Shown piece by piece: positions 45,213 to 52,604 of a DNA stretch of 64,000 nucleotides (the stretch's first letter is position 1; every line of letters starts with the position of its first letter). The position numbers and the translations under genes were made by a program. The notes under the pieces are model-generated. The model had not been told where the DNA came from and made no database searches. It was given only the letters and a program-made list of their open reading frames with translations. Origin of the DNA: Alphaproteobacteria bacterium (lineage in GTDB: Bacteria > Pseudomonadota > Alphaproteobacteria > MPNO01 > UBA830); contig JAYPPO010000002.1 of assembly GCA_038131485.1 (NCBI GenBank), positions 6,908 through 70,907 of the forward strand. The letters are read 5' to 3'.

Positions 45213-46232
45213 ATGAATGGCGACAGGGACGACGCGCCCGCTGTGCGTACGGCGGGCCTGCGAAAGATTTACCGGAGTGTCGGCGGGCCGCCGAAGGAAG
45301 CGCTGAAATCCGTCGACCTCGATATCCCGCGCGGCTCGGTCTTCGGTCTTCTGGGCCCAAACGGCGCAGGCAAGTCGACTCTGATCAACATCCTTGCAGG
45401 CCTCGTGATCAAGACGTCTGGCCGCGCCTGGATTCAAGGCTGGGACATCGAGGAGCACATGCGCGAGGCGCGCTGCTCGATCGGCGTTGTCCCGCAGGAA
45501 CTCAACCTCGACTCCTTCTTCTCGCCGCGCGAGATGATGGACATACAAGCGGGCTTCTACGGCGTGCCGAAAAAACAGCGCCGCACGATGGAAATCCTTC
45601 GCGCGCTAGCGCTCGACGACAAGGCGGACACCTATGCGCGGAATCTCTCGGGCGGCATGCGCCGCCGCCTGCTGGTCGCCAAGGCGCTGGTGCATGCGCC
45701 ACCGGTCGTCGTACTGGACGAGCCGACCGCGGGCGTCGACGTCGAGCTGCGTCAGGCGTTATGGGACTACATGAAAGAGCTCAACGAGGCCGGCACTACG
45801 ATCCTGCTGACCACGCACTATCTGGAGGAAGCAGAGGCGATGTGCGACCGGATCGCGATCATCAACCACGGCGAGATCGTCGCGGAGGACACGACGGCGG
45901 CGCTGCTGTCGCGGCTCGACCGCAAGGAAGCGCTGATCATCGTCGACCGCGACATCGACGTTGTGCCGCGGGGCCTTGCCGGGTTCGGCGTAGACGCGGA
46001 GCTGCAGGGCAGCCGCACGATCCTGATCCGCTTCCCGCCAAGCCGCCGCCGGATCGGCGCGCTTCTCGACGCCGTCAAGACGGCGGGTTACGCCATCATC
46101 GACATGTCGACGCGCGACACGGACCTCGAGGAGATCTTCGTAGCCCTTACGTCGGGATCGCAAGACGCGGCCGCCCACCATCCGGCCGACCGGCAGGCCG
46201 CCTCGATCCGCCGGACGCCGCCCGTCTCGTGA
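45213..46232 (+). CDS. ABC transporter ATP-binding protein (ABC-2/drug-exporter type)
   Basis: Walker A GPNGAGKST, signature LSGGMRRRLLVAKAL, Walker B VVVLDEPTAGVD. No cognate permease gene follows. Confidence 0.85.
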   Translation: MNGDRDDAPAVRTAGLRKIYRSVGGPPKEALKSVDLDIPRGSVFGLLGPNGAGKSTLINILAGLVIKTSGRAWIQGWDIEEHMREARCSIGVVPQELNLDSFFSPREMMDIQAGFYGVPKKQRRTMEILRALALDDKADTYARNLSGGMRRRLLVAKALVHAPPVVVLDEPTAGVDVELRQALWDYMKELNEAGTTILLTTHYLEEAEAMCDRIAIINHGEIVAEDTTAALLSRLDRKEALIIVDRDIDVVPRGLAGFGVDAELQGSRTILIRFPPSRRRIGALLDAVKTAGYAIIDMSTRDTDLEEIFVALTSGSQDAAAHHPADRQAASIRRTPPVS

Positions 46233-47224
46233 TCCGCCATCTCGCCGTCCTCGGGTTGCTGTGCGCGCTCGCTGCCGCCTGTGCCCCGCGGCTCGAGCCT
46301 GCCGGACCGCCGGTCGCCGGACCCGCGATCACAACTGACGCCATCATCGCGGCCGACGGCACCCGCCTGCCGCTACGCGTCTGGCGACCCAAGGGCCCTG
46401 CCGCCGCCGTCATCCTCGCGCTGCACGGCTTCAATGACTATTCGCGGGCGTTCGAGATACCGGCGCCCTGGTGGGCCGGGAAACACCGGATCACCACCTA
46501 CGCATACGACCAGCGGGGCTTCGGAGCCGCACCCAATCGCGGCCTGTGGGCCGGGCACGCGACGATGGCGGACGACGCCGTCGCAGCCGCCCGGCTGCTG
46601 CGGGAACGCCATCCCGGGACTCCGCTGATCGTCCTGGGCGAGAGCATGGGCGGCGCGATCGCAATGATCGCTGCCGCCAACCGCGGGCTCGCGGCGGACG
46701 CGCTCGTTCTCGTCGCCCCGGCGCTGCGCGGTCGTCCCTATCTCGGGGCGCTGCCACGCGCCGCCTTGTGGCTGGCGGCGCACACGGTTCCCTGGTATCG
46801 GCTAACCGGCCGGGGGCTCCAGATACAGGCATCGGACAATATCGAGATGCTGCGCGCACTGGGCCAGGACCCGCTTTATATTCGTAAGACGCGCATCGAC
46901 GCGATCAAGGGGCTGGTTGATGCCATGGACGCCGCCATCGCCGCGACGCCGGGCGTGCGCATTCCCGCCCTTGTTCTATACGGCACCCGAGACGAGCTGA
47001 TCCCATCCGAGCCGATGCGCGACCTGATACGCGATCTCCCTGCCGACTTGCCCCACCGGCCCGCTGTCTACCGGACGGGCTGGCACCTGCTGCTGCGCGA
47101 CCTCAAGGCGGAAATCGTGCTACGCGACATCGCGGCCTGGATCGCGGACAGAAAATCACCGCTGCCATCTGGTGCGGATCGACAGGCGCTGGAAACGGTG
47201 CGGCAGGCGGAAGCGGCATATTGA
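46229..47224 (+). CDS. Lipoprotein alpha/beta hydrolase (lysophospholipase / monoacylglycerol-lipase-like)
   Basis: GTG start overlapping the ABC stop (GTGA), lipobox LAAAC, HGFNDYS, nucleophile elbow GESMGG. Confidence 0.8.
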   Translation: MIRHLAVLGLLCALAAACAPRLEPAGPPVAGPAITTDAIIAADGTRLPLRVWRPKGPAAAVILALHGFNDYSRAFEIPAPWWAGKHRITTYAYDQRGFGAAPNRGLWAGHATMADDAVAAARLLRERHPGTPLIVLGESMGGAIAMIAAANRGLAADALVLVAPALRGRPYLGALPRAALWLAAHTVPWYRLTGRGLQIQASDNIEMLRALGQDPLYIRKTRIDAIKGLVDAMDAAIAATPGVRIPALVLYGTRDELIPSEPMRDLIRDLPADLPHRPAVYRTGWHLLLRDLKAEIVLRDIAAWIADRKSPLPSGADRQALETVRQAEAAY

Positions 47225-47283
47225 GCCGGACCGCGGATTGAGATTGCCGCCCGAGTATGCAAGCGCTATGTTTCGCATCGTTT

Positions 47284-47360
47284 GCACCCGTAGCTCAGCT
47301 GGATAGAGCGCTGGCCTCCGAAGCCAGAGGTCGTGAGTTCGAATCTCGCCGGGTGCGCCA
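47284..47360 (+). tRNA. tRNA-Arg (anticodon CCG)
   Basis: GCACCCG/CGGGTGC acceptor stem, anticodon loop CTCCGAA, GGTTCGAATC-like T-arm (GAGTTCGAATCTC), encoded CCA. Confidence 0.9.
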
Positions 47361-47441
47361 TTTCCTTTCTGAAGCCACCCAAGGGTTTGAGACTGCTTGC
47401 CTCGGTAACGCAGCATGCCGTCAACTCTTGGATTCAACCTC

Positions 47442-47464
47442 TTGTCACACTCCTGTCACAGTGA
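47442..47464 (+). repeat. Direct repeat TTGTCACACTCCTGTCACAGTGA (left copy)
   Basis: 22/23 identical to 50115-50137. Contains TGTCACA twice. Lies 9 nt upstream of the integrase ATG. Confidence 0.85.
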
Positions 47465-47472
47465 GGTTGAAG

Positions 47473-47811
47473 ATGGCTACGTTTCGGAAACGCAAAGGCC
47501 GTTGGGATGTCCAGATCCGAAAAACTGAATATCCAGCTATCAGTAAGAGCTTCTCACGCAAATCAGACGCTCACCTGTGGGCGTTAGAAACCGAAAGACA
47601 GATTGAGACGGGGCGTTACACCCCCTCTCAAATCAAACACGTGGATACGCTGTGCGCATTGCTGGCGCAGTATGGCGGGGTAATAAGCATCAAGAAGCGT
47701 GGCTATAAGGAAGAGATTGCACGCTTAGCAAAGATGCAGGCACGCGGTGACGTGCGTATCCATCTTTGTCTAATGCCCCTGTCCATCGCAAGCATGGATT
47801 GTCCGGTGTGA
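47473..47811 (+). pseudogene. Tyrosine integrase, N-terminal fragment only (catalytic domain missing)
   Basis: MATFRKRKGRWDVQIRKTEYPAISKSFSRKSDAHLWALETERQIETGRY is the typical N-terminus of tRNA-targeting integrases. The ORF stops after 112 aa with no R-H-R-Y catalytic region. Confidence 0.7.
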
Positions 47812-47898
47812 ACAGGCCCAGCAGTTCCACAACAAAATTAAACATAGGAATTAATAACAAGTTGCAACTTAGGTCGTTCACTGGAACCGTGGCCGATT

Positions 47899-48042
47899 AT
47901 GACAACAACCATCATAGGTATGGATGCAGAATGGCAGACACAGGGTGAGAGCAACCTTGTGCTGTCATATCAGGGGTACGGAATAGATGGATCCGACAGA
48001 TGGTCAGGTATTCACTACCCGATCAAACGAACTTTCCAATGA
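47899..48042 (+). pseudogene. Possible N-terminal (ExoI) fragment of a protein-primed or primer-independent family-B DNA polymerase
   Basis: 47-codon ORF MTTTIIGMDAEWQTQGESNLVLSYQGYGI.... The D-x-E then hydrophobic-x-x-Y-[GQ]-x-Y spacing parallels phi29 DNAP CDFETTT...RVWAYGY. Too short for certainty. Confidence 0.3.
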
Positions 48043-48144
48043 TGGCAGGAAATATCGATTAACCGAAATCAAGAGTATGAACTAATTTATATTTCGTTTA
48101 TAAGCCACTCTCTTGTTTATTACTAAAACAGTAGGGCATGAAAA

Positions 48145-49218
48145 ATGAATTTCTCTCATCGCACCCTTTTTCCATTAACAATTTTATTCCTATTTTCAAC
48201 AATTCAGCATTCGAATGCTTTTTCAGATCAAGAGATACTCGACTTTAGGCTTAAAACGATCCAACAAATGAAAGTTGGTTTTAGCCAATTAGAAAAATCG
48301 AACGGAATATTAGTACCCCCACTTAGGTTAGACGGAAAAAGAGTTAATCTTGAATTCGACTTTGACAATAATTTAGCGCATGCATACGCGAGAAATGGAT
48401 TTCTAGTCTCCGAAGAATATAAAAGGGGTTCTTATCAATGGACCACATTCTATGGATATTCAATGAAAAAATCTCTTATTGGTATGCTGATTATCATAAA
48501 TTACTGTGAGAATAAAATAGAAGATAATGAACTCATGGGCATGAGATCAAAGCGCCTCCGGCAGACTGCATGGAGTGATGTAAAAGCTAGCAACACAGCT
48601 AATATGGCAAGCGGAGTGGTTAATGATTTTGTTGAAAACTATCAAATCAGCTATTTTAGAGAAAATCTAAGGCGGAAAATCACACCACTCGAAAAACTTA
48701 AAAAAATTTCGTCACGGTATGGAAGCCCCGGCGTTTTTCACTATAGCGGCTTTGATACTAATGCTCTTGGTATTTGGCTGGAAGATATCTATGGGGAAAA
48801 AATATCAGATATATTTAGAAAGAAAATATGGACTAAAATAAGCTCCCAAAAAGAGTCTTACTGGCAAAGAACGAAAAACTTAGAGAATATTTCTGCGTAC
48901 GGTTTCATGGCAACGGCTCGTGACTGGATTCAAATAGGCAGATATTTTATCCATCTATACAACTCTGATAACTGCTTTAAAGATAAATTTAATAAAGTTC
49001 ATTCATCGAAATTAGAATCGAAAGAAAATACGTTTTATGGAAATCAATTTTGGCTTACCAAAGATTTAAATAGGCTTAGATTTCGCGGTTACGGAGGCCA
49101 AAGAACATTAATAGATTTAAAAGAAAAAAAAGTACTTTTTATTTATAGTGTCAAAAACCAATACGGGAATTTTGAAGAGCCGGCAGATTTTGGATGGAGA
49201 ATAATGAAGAATAATTAG
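48145..49218 (+). CDS. Secreted beta-lactamase-family serine hydrolase (PBP/esterase-like), AT-rich foreign gene
   Basis: Signal peptide (LTILFLFSTIQHSNA), S-x-x-K (YSMKKSLIGMLI), Y-S-x motif region (SPGVFHYSGFDTNALGIWLEDIYGEKISDIF), and AYGFMATARDW and RGYGGQRTLIDLKEKKVLFIYS blocks. First 120 nt are 33% G+C by my count. Confidence 0.6.
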   Translation: MNFSHRTLFPLTILFLFSTIQHSNAFSDQEILDFRLKTIQQMKVGFSQLEKSNGILVPPLRLDGKRVNLEFDFDNNLAHAYARNGFLVSEEYKRGSYQWTTFYGYSMKKSLIGMLIIINYCENKIEDNELMGMRSKRLRQTAWSDVKASNTANMASGVVNDFVENYQISYFRENLRRKITPLEKLKKISSRYGSPGVFHYSGFDTNALGIWLEDIYGEKISDIFRKKIWTKISSQKESYWQRTKNLENISAYGFMATARDWIQIGRYFIHLYNSDNCFKDKFNKVHSSKLESKENTFYGNQFWLTKDLNRLRFRGYGGQRTLIDLKEKKVLFIYSVKNQYGNFEEPADFGWRIMKNN

Positions 49219-49254
49219 ATATTTTTGATTAAAAATTCTTCCATCTATTCCCTT

Positions 49255-49437
49255 TCACTCAAACGACTCAACAACAGCAGCAAGATATTGGCTGTTGGCT
49301 ACATTGAGGTGACGACCAGCGTATCCAGTGCCGACGTTCTTATGCGTGAGAGGTTTCCCCGCTACACCGGAAAGGCGCTGAAGAGCCGGATCAGGTTGAT
49401 TGGCGATAGCGAAGACGTTTGAGCAAAACCGTGACAA
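49255..49437 (-). pseudogene. Possible C-terminal remnant of a tyrosine recombinase
   Basis: ...LQRLSG..PLTHKNVGTGYAGRHLNVANSQYLAAVVE loosely resembles the LGH..x..T..Y.HL....L..AV recombinase C-terminus containing the catalytic Tyr. Weak. Confidence 0.2.
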
Positions 49438-49481
49438 ACGTATTTATGGGGCTTCCCTATACGGAATTATGTCACGGTTTT
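49425..49481. repeat. 12-bp perfect inverted repeat AAAACCGTGACA / TGTCACGGTTTT (33-nt loop)
   Basis: Arms at 49425-49436 and 49470-49481. Carries the same TGTCAC core as the island-flanking direct repeats. Followed by the palindrome CCGCAGAATTCTGCGG. Confidence 0.8.
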
Positions 49482-49616
49482 TAAACCGCAGAATTCTGCG
49501 GGATACAGAAGGTTTTGGAGAGAGCTTGCTACGAAAAGAGGGTGTCGTTCGTAGATGACAGTCAAATGGTGAGAAAGGCTTTCTGATTCATCACCCAAGC
49601 TTTAATCAGACTGGGT

Positions 49617-49883
49617 ATGGAAGCTCGCCAAAAATCGCCTGTAACGATATCAACCATCTCCGACCTCGCACGTAACGAAATGACGTTGGGTCTGTTCTGT
49701 TTGGAATGCAACCGGTGGGGTGAGATCATTCCTCAGGAATGGTTGGATGCAGGTCAACCCGACGTGAACTACGTCGAGCAGCGGTTCAAATGTAGCGAGT
49801 GCGGTGGAAAAGCCGAGAAGCAGGTTAGACCGCCACCGTCAGGGTTCAGCGTCAAGACTGCGTACAAAGGTTTAGGTCGTTGA
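49617..49883 (+). CDS. Hypothetical small zinc-ribbon protein
   Basis: 88-aa ORF with CLECN...(30 aa)...CSECGG (two CxxC pairs). No family recognised. Confidence 0.4.
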   Translation: MEARQKSPVTISTISDLARNEMTLGLFCLECNRWGEIIPQEWLDAGQPDVNYVEQRFKCSECGGKAEKQVRPPPSGFSVKTAYKGLGR

Positions 49884-50114
49884 ATAAGACGACCAAACGC
49901 ATCCTTTGGGTCGTGATCGCCGCGTTATCTCTGATACTCGCCCTCAGGATTTGGGTTGGGTACTAACCCCGCTTGCTAGGCACGATGAGCAAGCCTTGTC
50001 TCAACTCGACCAACAAGGTGGCTTATATCTATCGATAAATAGTCCGGGGTGTTTTCTTGGGTGGGGGCTAGGTTCTTTGCACCACCCCGTATGACCAAAC
50101 TGCGAGTGGATACC

Positions 50115-50137
50115 TTGTCACACTCTTGTCACAGTGA
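50115..50137 (+). repeat. Direct repeat TTGTCACACTCTTGTCACAGTGA (right copy)
   Basis: 22/23 identical to 47442-47464. Confidence 0.85.
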
Positions 50138-50237
50138 CCGACGAAGAAAGATTGATATTTCTTATCTTCGGCAATTGGGCGTGATATAGTCTTATCGTTG
50201 AATCCGTTAGCTTTTTTCGGCACATCGCACTTAACCA

Positions 50238-50311
50238 GCAACCTTAGTTCAGGTTAAGACATTGCTCTCCGAACCCAGGAGTCGTGACCTCAAATTTTAC
50301 CGGGCGCGGCA
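50238..50311 (+). pseudogene. Decayed copy of tRNA-Arg (pseudo-tRNA / attR-like)
   Basis: GCAACCTTAGTTCAGGTTAAGACATTGCTCTCCGAACCCAGGAGTCGTGACCTCAAATTTTACCGGGCGCGGCA aligns along the whole tRNA-Arg at 47284-47360. 34/45 identical in the 3' half by my count. The acceptor stem no longer pairs. Confidence 0.6.
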
Positions 50312-50409
50312 TTTTTCTCCCTGGTTCATTTCAATTCAAGCCTCGGGCGGGATCCGCGCTCGGTTCGCTCCCGGGGAAACGCGTCGGTCGACAGAGGCGG
50401 CGTCAGCTG

Positions 50410-50673
50410 TCATTGCGCAGTAGCTACTTGTAGCGGCAGCAAGCCGTCGATCGTGGCGGTCTTGCTGCCCAGCGCGACGAAACTAAGCGCCACCGGCTCC
50501 CCAGGATCCGTCACGAGACGGCCGTTATGACTACGCAGCACCTCAACACGCCGCTTGAGGGAGGCGGCCTCGTCGCTAAGCCGCGCTACCTCGCGTTCAG
50601 CGGGGACGGACCCGTTTCCGGAAGCCGCCATACCCAGCCCGGCGAGCAATCCAACGAACGAGATCAACTTCAT
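50410..50673 (-). CDS. Hypothetical small exported protein
   Basis: MKLISFVGLLAGLGMAAS signal-like N-terminus. No family recognised. Confidence 0.35.
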   Translation of the reverse strand: MKLISFVGLLAGLGMAASGNGSVPAEREVARLSDEAASLKRRVEVLRSHNGRLVTDPGEPVALSFVALGSKTATIDGLLPLQVATAQ

Positions 50674-50783
50674 CAAGCGCAGCCAGCGGTAGCGGCTTTC
50701 CACCGCTCAGCCTTGACCAAAGCTCATAGACATATCAGTCAGCGAAATGTACTTGCATGACAGTTCAACACCCCATTTGCAGG

Positions 50784-51731
50784 TCACGGCGGAAAATGCG
50801 CATCGCTCACTCTGGCAACGATCCAGCCAATAATCATATTGGCCAGGTCTTCGGAATTTTCCTCCATCATCAGCATGTGGCCGTTGCCATCGACCCCCCG
50901 GTCGGGCAGCCACCAGAAATCGACCTCAGCGCCCGCCGCCCGCAGCCAGTCGACGACGGCGGCATCGACTTCCTTCGGGTGATCAGTGTCGTGCGAGCCG
51001 GTAAGCACCATGATCGGCAGCCCGTCGAAAACCGACGTATCGGCGATCTTGATCTGGCTGCCGCCGACGTTCTGGCGCTCGATCAACAGGCGCGGCGGAA
51101 CTCCAGCGACATGACCGGCATACATGCCAAGCGTGCCCTCAGGCCAGCGCTGCGACTTACCGATCAGCTTGTGCATCACGAATTCCACGCCGCCAGCATA
51201 GGCCCTGTCGCGCGAAAGACGCCGGACCATGCCGAAACTGCGAACGACGATCTCGTCGTCGGTCTCCTCCACCACATCCGCTTCGGGCTGGATGTTTCCG
51301 GGCGGTCCAGGCGCAACCGCGACGACTTTTTCGATTATGTCGCGCCGCAGCTCGATCAGCCGCCAGCCCAGCGCACCTCCCATCGAGTGGCCCATCAGAA
51401 TCACATTGCCCTCGGGCGACGCAGCAGCCGCCTCTTCGATCACCGCGGCGAGCGCCTGGGCGACGCGCTCGCCAGTCAGTTTCTCGAACGGGACGTCGCC
51501 GCTCCGCCCGCAGCCTGGCCAGTCAGGCAGCCAGACGTCGTACCCCGCGCCCGCGAACTGGTAGGCCCAGCCCGGCCGATTGTCGGCGGTGAGCAGGTAA
51601 CAAGCGCCCGAATGGCCACCGCCATGCACGGCGACGATCTGCGGGCGAGCGCCGTCACTGTCGCCGCGCGAGAGGATATCAGTATAGACGGTCATCCCGT
51701 CATGGTGGACAAACTTGGCGGCATGTTTCAT
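50784..51731 (-). CDS. Alpha/beta-fold hydrolase
   Basis: VAVHGGGHSG, nucleophile elbow GHSMGG, C-terminal GHMLMME. ATG at 51731. Confidence 0.8.
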   Translation of the reverse strand: MKHAAKFVHHDGMTVYTDILSRGDSDGARPQIVAVHGGGHSGACYLLTADNRPGWAYQFAGAGYDVWLPDWPGCGRSGDVPFEKLTGERVAQALAAVIEEAAAASPEGNVILMGHSMGGALGWRLIELRRDIIEKVVAVAPGPPGNIQPEADVVEETDDEIVVRSFGMVRRLSRDRAYAGGVEFVMHKLIGKSQRWPEGTLGMYAGHVAGVPPRLLIERQNVGGSQIKIADTSVFDGLPIMVLTGSHDTDHPKEVDAAVVDWLRAAGAEVDFWWLPDRGVDGNGHMLMMEENSEDLANMIIGWIVARVSDAHFPP

Positions 51732-51890
51732 CCCGCTCTCCCCTCTATTTTGCGGCCCCGAAGGCGGCCGGCAGGGCATTGCAGCCTAAACCCCGCCTAG
51801 CGTGCGGCTGCGGCAGTTAAAGCGCAAGCTTTACCGACGGCGGCGGAGCAATTATGCCTGGCGCGAACGAAACCAATTCATGGAGGCACC

Positions 51891-52205
51891 ATGCTTTACA
51901 TGATTTACGGCGTCGACGGACCGGATGCGGATCGGATCCGCGCCGAGAACCGTGAAGCACATTTCGCTTATCTGGCCGAGAACGAAGACATTCTGGTGCT
52001 CGGCGGCGCGACGCTAGCCGACGAAAACGATGCGCGCACAGGGAGCCTCCTTGTCGTCAACGTACCATCGCGCGCGGACGCGGACCGGTTCGCTTCGGGT
52101 GAGCCGTTCAACAAGGCGGGGCTATTCCGCACTTATACAGTGTCGCGCATGCGCCGCGGCCAGTGGAATCCTGCGGCGGCACCGTCTAGCGCGGAAGGAA
52201 ATTAG
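51891..52205 (+). CDS. YciI-family protein
   Basis: MLYMIYG...REAHFAYL...LVLGGATL...GSLLVVNVPSRADADRFASGEPFNKAGLF is the YciI/DGPF fold pattern. Confidence 0.85.
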   Translation: MLYMIYGVDGPDADRIRAENREAHFAYLAENEDILVLGGATLADENDARTGSLLVVNVPSRADADRFASGEPFNKAGLFRTYTVSRMRRGQWNPAAAPSSAEGN

Positions 52206-52604
52206 GGAAACGGGATTCCGGCAGCTTAAATTACGCGGCCCAATACGCGCGAGCATTCCGCGACGATGACCCAGTATTTCCGCGCCATTCAAGCGTTCGG
52301 CTACGGCGACCTGCATCCTGCGGTCACGTTGGAGGTCGATAGGCTTGTGCTCGACCCACTTTACTTCCTCGTAAGAAAGGTCGAGTTCGGCTGCCGCCTC
52401 TTCGATGAGATGGTGGCGCCGGACGTCCATCAAAGCGCCGACAGCTCGACCAGATGGCGCCCGTCTCAGCGAACTTGGACTGGATTATGTAGCGGTCGGG
52501 CCGCCTCATGATTTATTTGTTCGCACAGGCGGCGATGCCCTTGTAGATGTGGAAAAGATCGTTTTTCGTGGTGCAGAAGATCGCGATAGGCCGCCCGAAA
52601 GTCG

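Larger units (their letters stand above)
47361..50311. mobile_element. Degraded tRNA-Arg-associated integrative island of about 3 kb
   Basis: Starts right after an intact tRNA-Arg and ends at a decayed copy of the same tRNA (50238-50311). Contains an integrase fragment, a polymerase-like fragment and a strongly AT-rich ORF. A 23-bp direct repeat lies at 47442 and 50115. GC-rich backbone resumes at about 50330. Confidence 0.6.

Noticed and set aside
45761-46228. The 487-codon ORF 45761-47224 suggests a much longer hydrolase.
   Set aside because: The first 156 codons overlap the ABC ATPase in another frame and are Arg/Pro-rich. A GTG plus lipoprotein signal peptide at 46229 gives a normal-sized alpha/beta hydrolase.
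47257-47472. Track ORF 47257-47811 starts inside tRNA-Arg.
   Set aside because: The upstream part is the tRNA and its flank read as protein. The integrase-like sequence starts at ATG 47473.
52122-52604. ORFs 52122-52433 and 52324-52509 (minus), plus a protein-like snippet ...GRPIAIFCTTKNDLFHIYKGIAACANK just after the methyltransferase stop.
   Set aside because: They lie in mutually shifted frames. The longest runs antisense through the 3' end of yciI, and none has a start/SD or a family I can name. Probably gene debris, which I mention only in the relic-density finding.
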